DNA of 64,000 nucleotides, from NCBI GenBank assembly GCA_951406725.2, contig OX597820.1, forward strand, positions 8,618,001 to 8,682,000. The letters run 5' to 3'. Shown in pieces: positions 25,034 to 41,879 of this stretch (within the stretch, counting starts at the first letter, position 1; the number at the start of each line of letters is the position of its first letter). The notes below the pieces were generated by a model. It did not search any database, had not been told where the DNA came from, and was given only the letters and a program-made list of their open reading frames with translations. The position numbers and the translations under genes are program-made. This stretch comes from Octopus vulgaris (lineage: Eukaryota).

Positions 25034-25670
25034 TTTAATGTTACAATATGATGCATCTCCATCAGGGCTAGGTGCAGCTCTTTGCCATCGAATGAATGGC
25101 AGTACTGTTCGTCCTGTAGATTTTGCCTCGCTTACTGTTACCAGCTGAAAAGAACTATTCTCAGTTGGACAAAGAAGTACTTGCAGTTTTATTTGGTGTC
25201 AAGTGATTCCGTTAATATGTTTGCGGCCGTCACTTTGAAATTTATACTGATCATAAACCTTTGATTGCCCTACTTGTAGAAGAGCGGGGTATTCAGCAAA
25301 TGTGTTCACCTAGAATGCAGAGATGGGCTTTGATGTTAAGTGCTTATAGCTATTGTAAGCATTACGTTCCTGAGCCTAAGAATGTTACTGCTGAGTCGTT
25401 TGCCCTTGACTTCTTCGTTACACGAAATTGAAGAAGCAGCGGCGGAACTGGTATCCGTGATGCAACATTTTAGTGGCACACCTATCCGAGGACAGGAAAT
25501 ACTTCGACAAACAGACGAAGATCTGTCCAGTGTCAAACATTATCTTTTAAGAGGGCGGCCGTCAAAAAAAGTTTAGAATTAAAACCGTTTTTACAGCGTA
25601 AAGATGAACTGAGTTTGCACGAGGGTTGCATATTTTGGGGTCCTCATAGAATTGTACCCTTTCAAATTAA

Positions 25671-26247
<577 letters not shown>

Positions 26248-26701
26248 ACAATTGCTTAATGAGTTGCATGATGCTCATCCAGGCATAAATCGAATGAAGG
26301 CATTATCGCGAAGCCGCTGGTGGTGGCCCAATCTGGATGCTGATATTGAGCAGGTGTGTAGATGTGATGTTTGTCAACAATATCGGCGACAAAACACACC
26401 AGGACCTGTACAGCCCTGAAAGTGGCCAGAAAAACCGTTGCAAAGGTTACACGTTGATCATTTTTGGCCTCTTAATGGTGTGATGTGCTTATTGATTATC
26501 GATGCACATTCGAAATGGATAGATGTACATCAGTGGTTCATGCTACAGCAGAATCTACGGAAGCCCGACTACGCTCATGATTTTCTACATCTGTTCAGAT
26601 AATGGCACTCCTTTCACAAGTGAGATTTTCCAAACGTTTTTGAGAGAGAATGGGGTACGTCACATAAAACCGTATCATCCGTCTTCAAATGGCCAAGCAG
26701 A

Positions 26702-27032
26702 GAGGAAGCACTCCGTCGGTTACGACGACGACGGTTCCGGTTGATCTGATCAACGGAACAGCCTGCTCGTGAAATTAACGTGTAAATGGCTGAGCACTCC
26801 ACAGACAAAGGCCGGCCCTTTGAAATACAGGTACAACAGAAACAGGAAGTAAGAGTGAGAGAAAGTTGTAGTGAAAGAGTACAGCAGGGATCACCACCAT
26901 CCTTGCCTGAGCCTCGTGGAGCTTTTGGTGTTTTCGCTCAATAAACACTCACAACGCCCAGTCTGGGAATCGAAACCGCGATCCTACGACCGCGAGTCCG
27001 CTGCCCTAACCACTGGGCCATTGCGCCTCCCA
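26702..27032 (-). mobile_element. SINE family C, tail variant 2
   Basis: TSD GCCAAGCAGA at 26692-26701 and 27033-27042; tail ...GTCGTCGTAACCGACGGAGTGC. Confidence 0.88.
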
Positions 27033-27354
27033 GCCAAGCAGAATGAGCTGTTCAGACGGTAAAGAATAGATTGAAAAGGCAAAGTACCAGAAAGCTCCAG
27101 ACTAAACTGGATCCTTTACTTTTTTTCCTGTCGCACAACCCCAACTGAATCTACAAACAAGTCCCCAGCGGAGTTATTGTTTGGACCCCAATCTACAAAC
27201 AAGGTTCAAACTTTTATTCTCGCCATCGCATAAAAATATTGAAGAAAAACGAACACGAATGAATGCGAAGAACAAGGAAGGACCACAAATGAAAGCGTCT
27301 GGTGCTGAGTATACTCGACTTCCCTATGAGCCGTGTTGGCAACCAGCAACAGTA

Positions 27355-27724
27355 GGAGGCGCAATGGCCCAGTGGGTAGGGCAGCGGACTCGCGGTCGGA
27401 GGATCGCAGTTTCGATTCCCAGACCGGGCGTTGTGAGTGTTTATTGAGCGAAAACACCTAAAGCTCCACGAGGCTCCGGCAGGGGGTGGTGGTGATCCCT
27501 GCTGTACTCTTTCACCACAACTTTCTCTCACTCTTTCTTCCTGTTTCTTGTCCTCGATTTCCTACGCAACCGCTGAGCCTGGATGCGCATTCATCCATCC
27601 GTCGTTGCTCTCGGTGTCGGGGTTTGACCTGCTTTCTCTTCTGCTGGTCTTACGAATAGCAAAGGACCAGGTTTCGGACTTCTCCCACGACAGGACGAAG
27701 ACCGCTTCGCTCAACAAACAAACA
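27355..27724 (+). mobile_element. SINE family C, tail variant 1
   Basis: TSD AACCAGCAACAGTAG at 27341-27355 and 27725-27739. Confidence 0.9.
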
Positions 27725-28052
27725 AACCAGCAACAGTAGTTGGAACTTTTGGAAGTTTAATCAATTTGCGTTTACCAAGGGGTCAAGTTGTGCGCAGACA
27801 TTCGGATCACATTCGATCTCGAGTAACGAATGCAACGAATGAACAAACGGAAGTGAACGAGGAAACTGGGTTAACCTCAACGGGTGAAAGTGAATTTGGA
27901 TGCAAGAGAAACAACTAACGGCCCTACGTTGCGACGATCAAATCCCGTTGACCGCAATCAGGCTCAAACATAAAATGTCGACCAGAAGAGAGAAAGAGAA
28001 GTTACGACTTACGGACTACGTGTTATGTGTCATTCAATCTATCGCGGGTGTG

Positions 28053-28115
<63 letters not shown>

Positions 28116-28286
28116 TGGCTAATTATGATTGCTTCTTTTCCTGTCCATAAAACCTGCTGTAAATTGTTTTGCAGCCATAAATATTTTTTATTAATCTCTC
28201 TCATCTACATCGTGCATTCAGTGTTCTGTTTTCATTAGACTTTGGCCTCAATTACATCTTACTGGAATAGGACTGCTACTTATTAG

Positions 28287-29750
28287 TATGTATGTATATG
28301 TATGTAGGTATGTATGTGTGTGTATGTATGTATGTGTGTATGTATGTATGTATGTATGTATGTATGTATGTATGTATGTATGTATGTATGAATGAATGTA
28401 TGTATGTATGTATGTATGTATGTATGTATGTATGTATGTATGAATGAATGTATGTATGTATGTATGTATGTATGTATGTATGTGTGTATGTTTGTATGTA
28501 TGTATGAATGAATGTATGTATGTATGTATGTGTGTGTGTGTATGTTTGTATGTGTGTATGTATGTATGTATGTATGTATGTATGTATGTATGTATGTATG
28601 TATGTATGAATGAATGTATGTATGTATGTATGTGTGTGTGTGTATGTTTGTATGTATGTATGTATATGTGTATGTATGTACGTATATTTGCATGTATGTG
28701 TGTATGTGTGTATGTATGTATGTATGTATGTATGTATGTATGTATATTTGCATGTATGTGTGTATGTATGTATGTATGTATGCATGCATGTATGTATGTA
28801 TGTATGCTTGTATGTGTTTATGTATGTATGCTTGTATGTGTGTATGTATGTGTGTGTGTATGTATGCATGTATGTATGTATGTATGTATGTATGTATGTA
28901 TGTATGTATGTATTCTCATGCATATAGTTCCATATGTAGACATGCTCATATATCTTTTAATGATAAACTTTACAGATTTTTACAGTTCCGGTGATGGATT
29001 GGATCTGTAGTCTTCGAATTAGCTTTCTCCTTTCTAGTTTCGAGAACCCTAATTTCTCAAGATTAGTATTTAGGCAGTGTGTTACATATTCCAGGGCCCC
29101 ATTAATTACAGGTATAAACCTGAACTTGTAATCTGGAGAGAGTCAGTGCAGATTTCTCGATAGTTCAGCATAGGTGTTCTCTTTTTCACTGATCTTCAGT
29201 TTTATGTTAACATCCGTTGGGCAGCTAATTTCCACAACTGTGCACAGTTTCTCTTCTCTATCCCAAATCATTATATCAGGTCTGTTGTGCTTACGTTTTA
29301 TTGAGGTTTTCACTGGGACATTCCACTTGTATTCCTTTTTATTATGAGTGGCTATGGCTTCTACCATACTGTGGGTTCTTATTTCTTTGTCCTCGGGATT
29401 ATCCTTCTGACGGATTTCATTATAGAGTGTCCCAGCTACAACGTTGTCTCATCGGTAGATAATACCGTGATGACATTTTCGGACAACTGCTTATGATGTG
29501 GGTGATATCTTCAGTGTGAACCCCACAAAATCTGCATCGGTTGTCACTTTTTACTGCTTGTCCTGCATCTCTATCCCTTTTGTGCATCAGGTACATGGTT
29601 GATATTTCCTGTTCCTGGATTGCAAACGCATACCCTTCAAAATTTCTAAAGATTGGTATTAAGGCAGTGTGTTACATATCCCAGGGCCCCCCAAATTACA
29701 GGTATAAACCTGAATTTCTAATCTGGACAGAGCAACAGCAAATTTCTCGA
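28287..29750 (-). mobile_element. R4/Dong-like LINE 3' end (Zn knuckle, RLE, 3' UTR) ending in (CATA)n
   Basis: CRFCG...THIISSC; KHNRPDIMIWD...VVEISCP...EKENTY; 3' UTR abuts (TATG)n at 28287-28912; partial local duplication ~29650-29750. Confidence 0.85.
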
Positions 29751-29810
29751 TTGGTCCGTGATAGACTGCTTTGATAATCGATGTTACTTTCTACTAACGA
29801 GTCCATCGAT

Positions 29811-30151
29811 ATGTATGTGTGTGTGTGTGTGTGTGAATGTGTGTGTATGTGTGTGTTTATGTGTATGTATGTGTATATGTGTGTGTATGTGTGTGTGTAT
29901 GTGTGTGTATATGTGTGTATATGTGTGTGTATATGTGTGTGAATGTGTGTGTGTTATTGTGTGTGTATGTGTGTGAATGTGTGTGTATGTGTGTGTATGT
30001 GTGTGTATATGTGTGTGTGAATGTGTGTGTATGTGTGTGTGTATATGTGTGTGTATGTGTGTGTGTGTGTATGTGTGTGTATGTGTGTGTATATATGTGT
30101 GTGTATGTGTGTGTGTGTGAATGTGTGTGTATGTGTGTGTGTATGTGTGTG

Positions 30152-30182
<31 letters not shown>
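29811..30182. repeat. Degenerate (TG/TATG)n tract
   Basis: Direct reading. Confidence 0.95.
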
Positions 30183-30755
30183 ACTATAATGCTTGAGTAA
30201 CCGATCGCCTGTTACCGCTATGAAACTCAAGACATTCGGTAAATGTTTTAAAAGGATCTCCTTACAAATGGCTCCGCATGGATTGCGCCTCTCCTCCCAA
30301 CTGAAACCGGAAGTATCCCAGGATTCTAAGCATCCCAGTTCCATGGAGAATCAAGGGTTGCTGCAGACGTATTTCTTGTCCCTGGATTGTGTGGGATCAG
30401 TCTTTAATGGGGAAGATGTATGTTTTGTCAGACTACAGCTTCATTGGCGGAGTTGCCTATCATTTCTAGCATTCATTGGGTCTTTCACTGCGTGTTGTTC
30501 TTGTTTAGGGGTCAGTATGATATTCCCATTTGACTATTTTTTTCTTTAGGTTTATTTCAATTTTATAATATAGCCATCTAAGAATGAAGTTTTAAATCAC
30601 ATGTCCATAAAAGGATTGCTTCACCTGTTCACCCATCTTAGTTCTTCTGTCTTTGCCTTCTCTCTCTCTCTCTCCCTCTCTCCCTCGCTCCCTTTCTCTC
30701 TCTCTCTCCCTCTCTCCCTCTCTCCCTTTCTCTCTATATCTCTCTCCCTCTCTCC

Positions 30756-30844
<89 letters not shown>

Positions 30845-31205
30845 GTTCAACTTCTCAGACATACTACATTGTAGTATTCCTTACACTCTGTAAAGTGGTT
30901 GGTTGTAAAAAGAGCATCCAATTCAGAAACCGAGCCAAAAGTAAATTGTACAAGTGAGACAGTCCTTTAGCTCATGTAGGAGAACATGTAGAACCATGTA
31001 GGAGGGCAGTGACTCCAAACAAAAACCGATTCAAATCATGATGACATGTCCACCTCACACCAGCAAGGAAATTGGATGTAAGCTTATCATGATGACTTGA
31101 TATACCTTTTGTTATCCAAGTTTGTGTCTTTTGACTTCAAGCGTGGCCAGGCTTGAACTTGGAAACCTCAACAACAGCAAAAACTCTCCATGACTTACAC
31201 GTGCG

Positions 31206-31258
<53 letters not shown>

Positions 31259-31376
31259 ACACAAACACAAACACACATATTTCAACAACACACACAAACA
31301 CACACACACAAACACGCACACACACACAGACACACACACACACACACACACATACAGACACACACACAAACACATA

Positions 31377-31437
<61 letters not shown>

Positions 31438-31744
31438 CTATAGACAAACACAGAGAGACGGCCATACACACAACTTCACAATCTCAAGGTCACCATTGCC
31501 AGATCTACTTTCGATCTAATCTGGATATAATTAACGACAAACAGACAGATGACTTGGATACACAGACTGAATGACAGCCAGATTTATTGAAACAATCCCC
31601 TCGAGGAGATGTGAGTTTGTACATGTAAGTGTACGCATGCGCGCATGTGTGTGTGTGTGTGTGTGTGTGTACATTGTGATTGTTTTGTGTCAGTGTAGCT
31701 GTTTGTTTAAGTGTGTTTGTGATTGGGTATTTGTTTCTGCATGT

Positions 31745-33072
<1,328 letters not shown>

Positions 33073-33394
33073 TCACTTTTCAGTACAGTCCACCCAGCTG
33101 TACGTATCCTTTACAGTTCATCACAGTACATGTCTCGGGATCTGCTTAATAATTTAGCCGACTGCTTGCTTGTTATAAGACTTGTACATCTGGACTGGCC
33201 TAGGGTTGAACAAGAATAACAGCTACATTACTAATTACAACTTAACTATTATTATATTATATGGAGGGTGTCCCTGAGTAATGTCTTCAATAACTTACTG
33301 CCTAAAATATTCTAATCTTCTATCGAAACCAGAGTATAATCTACTTAGTGATTCTCTCGTCACTACATCGCTAAATACTACAGTCTAGGGTTAG

Positions 33395-33424
33395 CTGAAG
33401 AGGATTTTAAGACCGAAACATGTA
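33395..33424 (+). ncRNA. Decayed minimal hammerhead-like motif
   Basis: CTGAAGA-GG(loop)CC-GAA-ACATGT-A; stem I does not pair. Confidence 0.4.
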
Positions 33425-33501
33425 CGCATTTGTTTCTCGTACTTGTTAGAATAATTGAAATATTATTGATCACTAATATTCGTTTCTTCTCTAGGGAGCC
33501 T

Positions 33502-33856
33502 GTCGATTATATCGACCTCAGTGCGTAACTGGTACTTATTTAATCGACCCCGAAAGGATGAAAACCAAAGTCGACCTCGGCGGAATTTGAACTCAGAACG
33601 TAGCGACAGACGAAATACCTATTTCTTTACTACCTACAAGGGGCTAAACACAGAGAGGACAAACAAGGACAGATAAACGGATTAAGTCGATTATATCGAC
33701 CCCAGTGCATTGCGTAACTGGTACTTATTTAATCGACCCCGAAAGGATGAAAGGCAAAGTCAACCTCGGCGGAATTTGAACTCAGAACGTAACGGCAGAC
33801 GAAATACGGCTACGCATTTCGCCCGGTGTGCTAACGATTCTGCCAGCTCCTCGCCA
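33502..33856 (-). mobile_element. SINE family B, head plus 1.5 units
   Basis: Match to consensus. Confidence 0.88.
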
Positions 33857-33939
33857 CTTTATTTATCACTAATATTGTCTTTTCTCACTGCCTTATCCGT
33901 CCAGAGCTTACAAATTTGAATATAGTTACCAAAGGCATA

Positions 33940-34472
33940 GCTGCAGCGGTGACTGTGTGGTAAGAAACTTGCTTCCCAACCACATGGTTCTGGGTTCAGT
34001 CTCACTGCATGGCAACTTGAGCAAGTGTCTTCTACTATAGCCTTGGGCCGACAAAAGCCTTGTGAGTGAATTTGGTAAACGGAAACTGAAAGAAGCCCGT
34101 CGTATATATGTGTATATATATGTATGCGTGTGTATATGTTTGTTTGTCTGTGTTTGTCTCCCCAACATCGCTTGACAATCGATGCTGGTGTGTTTACGTC
34201 CCTGTAACTTAGCGGTTCGGCTAAAGAGACCGATAAAATAAGTACTAGGCTTACAAAGTCCTGGGGTCGATGTGTGTGTGTGTGTAAGTATGTATGTCTT
34301 TTGTCTCTGTCCCCCCACCACGCTTGACAACCGATGTTGATGTGTTTACGTCCTCGTAGAAAAAGTACTAAGCTTACAAAGAATAAGTCCTGGGGTCGAT
34401 TTCTTCAACCAAAAAACACTTTAAGGCGCTGCTCCAGCATGGCCACAGTCAAACGATTGGAACAAGTAAAAG
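33940..34472 (+). mobile_element. SINE family A with internal duplication
   Basis: Match to consensus; 3' half partly repeated. Confidence 0.85.
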
Positions 34473-35144
34473 AGGACATCATATAACAGGGGTTCCAAAA
34501 TCAAGGACTCGTACACCACAGGTACGTAAGAAAAACTGTAGGGGTCCTCGTGGTTTGAGGTAACCGCAGCCAACTAAACCCAACTTGTGTGTCTAAGAAA
34601 TATGTGAAAAGTCTTCTTTTTTTCCGTTCGCTTCCGCTGACAATTGGGAAAGAAGACCTTTCAACAATGTTTATAACTGAACAGACATTTCAAACAAGTC
34701 TGCCGACTGAGAAGAACATGGTGTGGATGTGGTCCTCTGAAACTGGATTCTAGCAATGAGGGACTGAGTGGAGACGAATTAGTGTACTGCATTAAAAATG
34801 TTAACACGAAACTTAGAGAAATTGATTGCTTCTACATGGACAAGGCCAGGAATTTGAGAGGAAGAAACGGTCGATTATAATGAGGTGAGAGCGTCTTTGG
34901 TATTTGATCGATCCCAGAAACATAAATGACAGCAGAAGTCGAACGCTTTAAAGAAAATGAAACTGAATAATACATGTTTATTGTCTATTTTCTTTGGTGG
35001 GGGGGGTATATTCAACTATTTTGCTCCATATTCTTACTATGAGGGTACGCCAATACTTTCTGGACGCGGTAAAGCGGGGTATGTTGGATTAAAAAGTTTG
35101 GCTACGCCAACCATACAATATCTACAACGTTTCGAACACTGTAC

Positions 35145-35556
35145 ATATTTCTTTACTACCCACAAGGGGCTAAACACAGAGGGGACAAACAAGGACCGAC
35201 AAACGGATTAAATCGATTATCGATTATATCGACCCCAGTACGTAACTGGTACTTAATTTATCGATCCCGAAAGGATGAAAGGCAAAGTTGACCTCGGCGG
35301 AATTTGAACTCAGAACGTAAAGACAGACGAAATACCAGTAAGCACTGGGTGTGTAAAATTCCGTTCTCCACCACCAAAATATTCTTTTCTACTCTAGGCA
35401 CAAGGCCCGAAATTTGGCGGGAGGGAGGGCCTATCGATTAGATCGAGCTCAGTACACAACTGGTACTTATTTTATCGACCCCCCGAAAGGATGAAAGGCA
35501 AAGTCGACCGCTAAACATTTCGCCCGGCGTGCTAACGTTTCTGCCAGATCACCGCT
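35145..35556 (-). mobile_element. Two adjacent SINE B-type pieces with different tails
   Basis: 35145-35345 is a standard unit; 35383-35556 carries the CTAGAGTAGAAAAGAA tail. Confidence 0.8.
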
Positions 35557-35693
35557 TTCCACCATCAAATATTTTCTATCGTCTGGCTTCTTGCAGCCAT
35601 TTGCCTCAATATTTCCCTCTCTCTCTCTCTCTCGCCTTCTCTTTCTCCCTTTCTTTCTCTCTCTCACATACACACATTCCTCTCACTTCCTCC

Positions 35694-35766
<73 letters not shown>

Positions 35767-36020
35767 CCCTTCTTTTTCCCTGTTCCTCTTTTACCATTAT
35801 TCTTTCCCCCACCCCCTCCGTCTCTACTCCAGTTTTTCCTCCTCCTTTTACTCTATTCTTTCTCTTTATTCTTATTTCTCTTCCTCTACTCCACCTCCGC
35901 TCTTTCTTTCTTTCTGCGCCCTTCTTCCCCTCTCCCCCTCTCCCGCTCTCTCACCTATCCCTTCAGCAACTTCTTTTCTTCCCTTACCTTTCTTTTATTC
36001 CTGAAATTCAAGTCGCCATT

Positions 36021-36061
<41 letters not shown>

Positions 36062-36323
36062 GGTTCGACTTTTTTCGCCGTGATTGACAGCTGCCCTATA
36101 AAAGTACTTATATATATATATATATATATAAAGGAACAGAACTTAATGAAGTCAGCTCTATGAATAAACGACAGCCATCGACAGAAACGAGGTTTCTTAT
36201 CATACACAAAAAGGCACGCTGCGGTGGCGGCCTTTTTTCCACGAAGATCACTGACGACTTACACAGAAATATATGTCAAAGCATGGAAATTCTGCTTTGT
36301 CACGCACCTTCTCTCTCTCTCTT

Positions 36324-36374
<51 letters not shown>

Positions 36375-36423
36375 ACTCTCTCTCTCTAATCTCTCTCTGT
36401 GCGCGAATGCGCGAGTATATGTA

Positions 36424-36832
36424 TACTCTTTTACTTGTTTCAGTCATTTGACTGCGGCCATGCTGGAGCTCCGCTTTTAGTCGAGCAAATCGACCCCGGG
36501 ACTTATTCTTTGTAAGCCCAGTACTTATTCTATCGGTCTCTTTTGCCGAACCGCTAAGTGACGGGGACCTAAACACACCAGCATCGGTTGTCAAGCAATG
36601 CTAGGGGAACAAACACAGACACAAACACACATAAACACATGTATATATATATATATATATACACATATATGACAGGCTTCTTTCTGTTTCCGTCTACCAA
36701 ATCCACTCACAAGGCTTTGGACGACCCGAGGCTATAGTAGAAGACACATTCCCAAGGTGCCATGCAGTGGGACTGAACCCGGAACCATGTGGTTGGAAAG
36801 CAAACTGCTTACCACACAGCCACTCCTGCGCC
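36424..36832 (-). mobile_element. SINE family A, followed by (GATA)n and an opposite-strand head fragment at 36967-37015
   Basis: Match to consensus. Confidence 0.9.
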
Positions 36833-36956
<124 letters not shown>

Positions 36957-38148
36957 ATAAAAAATATAAGGCGCAGGAGTAGGTGTGTGGTAAGAAGCTT
37001 GTTTCTTACCACACATCAGATTTTATGTTATACCAGATTTTTTGAAAATGGCCGGGTGCAGGTACCTGGTGATTCTTGAGAGACGCCCCAGGTGTCATCG
37101 AAGCCTAGAGCCTGCCCCCAGGACCAGAGTAGGGTCCTGGAGAAGTTAGTTGTAGAAGGGCCCCCTCCCCCTCCTCCTGCGGAAGGAGAGATGGAGGTAG
37201 GAGAGGAGGGAGAGACCTCCCCTGAAAAAAAAGGGGAGAAAAAGGAAGAAGGGAAGCAACAATGGTTGCTCTCCGAGGGATCCTAAGTTTGCGGGAGGAA
37301 GCGAGGTTCCTCCGGTCATGGCGAAGGAGCCAATCCCTCCTGCATCAAAGACAAAAAAGAGAAAAAAATGGGACAGTGGTGCCGGCGGTTTGCAATGTAC
37401 TGCCGGCATGTCCCGAGGCCTCTTCGGTGGGAATTGTCCCACCGACTGAGGAAGCTGTGGACCCACCTCCCAGTGAAAATAGGGGAGAATATGTGGTTTT
37501 CTATCTCAAAGGAGGGGCTGTAGACAACTTTGTAGAAAGTTTTCTTGAAGGTCGGGTACTGATGGACCCGACCTGTACTGATAGTCCAGATGGGCCTCTG
37601 CAGGTGGCTGCGATGGTAATGGAAGAAAGGGATTTGTTTCCAAATAATGGATTCCTTTTCGAAGGAGTATTATAATGATCTCTTCTGGGTCCCCGACTTT
37701 CTGCTGCGGGATTGCCTGCAGGGGGCAAGAGATTTGATCGGGGATCATTGATAAGAGGCTTAGCGTCTCAATTTATGTAAGAGGTTTATTACCTCATTTA
37801 TGTAAGGGGTTTTTTTTTTGGTTTTTTTTAAATAAAAAAAAAAAAAAAGGACATTGTTCTCGGGGAGGCGGGTTCGATCGGCGGCCGTCGTTTTGCTCCT
37901 CTCACTAACATCATAATTTCGTTTATCATTTCATCTCATTAATGTAAATGTCCAACCCGCAGCTTCCCTTCCATGTAATTCCCTTGTGGCAAATTATATG
38001 AATAAAAGAAGCTTGCTTCTCAACCACATGGTTCTGAGTTCAATCTCACAGCGTGGCACCTTGGGAAACTGTTTTTTACCATAGCCTTGAGCCGACGAAA
38101 GCATTGTGAGTGGATTTGGTAGACGGAAACCGAAAGAAGCACGTCGTG

Positions 38149-38201
<53 letters not shown>

Positions 38202-39285
38202 GAGATTCAGTTGAATTCGGGACTTAAGTTGAAGCACCAAGTCAGTCCTGTATTATCCGCACAGCTCGAAGTAAGGGGAATAAAATTAAAATAAGCGACA
38301 GCCGCGTTTTAAGCGATTCCATTTAATTGAACAACGCAATCATTGCAACAAGTTAAATGCAGTGCTATCTTCAGCTGCACAAAATATAGAATTTTTTAAC
38401 GAGTAGGACACATTAATAAAAAAATTTTTTTTAATATTTTAACAGAGTAATAAGATGGAAGAAATTCATGTTGTCGCTATTGTAGTTGAGGGGCTATGAA
38501 CAGACTACAATTTCTTAGAATCGCAAGGAGCATAGTGGATCATAGGTTTGTAAGGGCTATAATTCATTTCTGATTTATTTATCACTTTATCATCTATTAA
38601 ATCTGTGACTAGAAGACTGACTATTTTGAATAAAGAACAAGCGTGAGTTGACAGTGCATGGCTAGGTATGGTCATAAATATTATCATAGTTATCCCTTTC
38701 CACAAGAGAAAGGAAATAAGACATTAGGAAGAGTCAATTTGATAGAAGTAACTATCTATAAAAAAAAAGCATGGTAGGGGTAGACTTTAAATCATGGTGT
38801 TAATTACCTGTTAAAGGGGCAAGACACTAAGAAACATAAGATGCTAATACGGGGAAAATTGATTAGGAGCACAATGAGGGGACGTTTATAAACAATATTG
38901 TTATGTTGTATAAAATGAAATTTAAGAATTCTAAAATGATATCAAACCCAATGTAGCTAAAAGGTGTGTATGTACCAATTATAAACATTAAAAGGGAAGA
39001 TTATGTAGAATCAGTTTAACGGCCATTCTTGTACTTAATTAATTAATCATTAGGTGGTTTCTATAAAGTCTGCTCAAGGCACTTACATATGGAATATCTG
39101 GAAAGATATACTTACTATCTATTGATATTTTAAGCCACGAATCGGAAGCGGGATATTGAGATGATGATAATACATAGACATATTTACAAAATCTAAAGTA
39201 TAAAAAATAAATACTCGAAAGATATGTGCTGATATGATTATGTGTAAAGTGTAAAATAATGCATACAGATACACATACAAAGAGA

Positions 39286-39733
<448 letters not shown>

Positions 39734-40427
39734 GCACACACACACACACATATATGTGTGTGTGTGCATCTATACATATATACATATACACAAATATTTA
39801 TACGCTTATATGAATATAGTATAAGTATCTTGCGTAGACCTGAGTAACTGAAAAATATCAATTTACGAACAAGAAAAATAACAATTAATAAGCGATAAGA
39901 GGTTAACGAGTAAGTATATCTTGATAAGAAAACAAAATAAAAAGAGTTTATGGAATATAAAAAGAAATATATGTAACCTACATATAAAGGGACAGGGGAT
40001 TAAAATTAGAGGCAGGAAAGAGATAAAGGTAACCCGAAAAGAGGGGGTACTAGGTATGGAGGTAGTGAGGGCAGTTACAAGTATTCAAACCGAAAAAGTT
40101 TTATAAGTTGTAATATTACAACTAATATTGTTATTGTATGCATGATGTTATATTTTCTAAGGGGTTGTATGATTTAGTCAAAAGGGAGACTTACTTTCAT
40201 AAGTCACTACAAATATGCATAATATGACTCGTAAGGTACAACGTCATGGAAAGGAAAATAGTGTAATCACCAAATTAGGATGAAGTCAGACTAACTAGGT
40301 AGGGGTTATCATGGAATGATATTATATATAGCACCATCATATAACACAACACATAGCTTATAATATATGTAATGCAATATAATCCACCATATAAAAATAA
40401 TATCCCATAATTTTATATATATATATA

Positions 40428-40812
40428 CTATTTTACTTGTTTCAGTCATTTGACTGTGACCATGCTGGAGCACCGCCTTTAGTCGAGCAAATCGACCCCA
40501 GGACTTATTCTTTTTGTAAGCCCAGTACTTATTCTGCCATCTCTTTTACCGAACCGCTAAGTTACGGGGACCTAAACACACGAACATCGGTTGTCAAGCT
40601 GGGGACAAACACAGACACACAAACATATACACACACATACATATATATACACATATATACGACGGGCTTCTTTCAGTTTCCGTCTACCAAATCCACTCAC
40701 AAGGCTTTGGTCGGCCCGAGGCTATAGTAGAAGACACTTGCCCAAGGTGCCACGCAGTGGGACTGAACCCGGAACCATGTGGTTGGTGAGCAAGCTACTT
40801 ACCACACAGCCA
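40428..40812 (-). mobile_element. SINE family A
   Basis: Match to consensus. Confidence 0.9.
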
Positions 40813-40899
40813 TAGGAGGGTAGGTCTATGATGGATACGACACCAAAATTAATTCCCACCATCAAAATTCAAGTATAATAACTATAATTGTTAGTTTCG

Positions 40900-41516
40900 A
40901 AAGCACTTAAATGTGCGGGTGGTGCTATGCATGCATGATAGCCTTACGTCTAATCTACTATTAATCAGGTTTTACTTGTCTCTATACTTAAAATCTCATA
41001 AATTTCTATAGAGCAAAGCTTACACCCATCTCGACTATTTCTATAAGGCTGCGGTCTCCGTATTAGATCCCATTTAAAGCTAAATCCGCTGTCGCTATCT
41101 TTAAGTTCCCAAATCTTACGAGATAAAGAAATACTATAAGCTTTATTCTGTTGTGTCTGGGGAGAGTCATTTTCTTTTTGCGCCTTATTATGTAACACAC
41201 TCACCGGTAAAATTTCCACTTTTATCTTATTTTTATTTTCCTAAAAGAGTCAAAACTATTGAAAAGGTTGCAAGACGCAACGAAAATTTTAGGAAAATAA
41301 AAATAAGATAAACACGGAAATTTTACTGGTGAGTGTGTTACATAATAAGGCGCAAAAAGAAAATGACTCTCCTTAGACACAACAGAATATGCTTCAACAC
41401 ACAAACTCCTATAAAGAATCTTGCAAACCAAATCCAAAAATGAAATATAAGCTTTATGTTTGAGTCTAAATGATAAAAAATGGTTATTAATACGTTTTTA
41501 CATATTTATCGAACAT

Positions 41517-41574
<58 letters not shown>

Positions 41575-41700
41575 TACCACCTTCAGTCACAATTGTACGT
41601 CTATAAACTACGTTTTGTATTAAACATCGACCTAATACCGAACAACCGGATTTAACTCTACAATTACAACCGGGAGCATTACTACTATCAATATTATTGA
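40900..41700 (-). mobile_element. PLE GIY-YIG endonuclease remnant (CxC-linker type), interrupted by another PLE end
   Basis: GCNCRVKSGCSVLGRCLIQNVVY...FIY (41570-41675) and SLSRKIWELKD...KWDLI...PY...CKLCSIE (40965-41135). Confidence 0.8.
41138..41520 (+). mobile_element. Fold-back PLE 3' end with a decayed hammerhead (41256-41292)
   Basis: Inverted arms ~41138-41246 and 41287-41395; CTA-TTGAAAA-G-GTTGC(AAGAC)GCAAC-GAA-AATT-T-TAG with two core mutations; ends at (TA)n. Confidence 0.7.
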
Positions 41701-41709
41701 TATTCCTAA

Positions 41710-41773
<64 letters not shown>

Positions 41774-41783
41774 ATCATTATTT

Positions 41784-41879
<96 letters not shown>

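Noticed and set aside
27355-27430. tRNA gene
   Set aside because: The A/B-box head continues into a SINE body with a TSD and has no proper acceptor stem.
30890-31095. Degenerate RTE-tailed SINE-like fragment
   Set aside because: Too diverged and single-copy in this window to call from sequence alone.
37030-37750. GC-rich ORFs as a host gene
   Set aside because: No recognisable domain or splice structure; possibly a retroelement ORF1 remnant, but unsupported.
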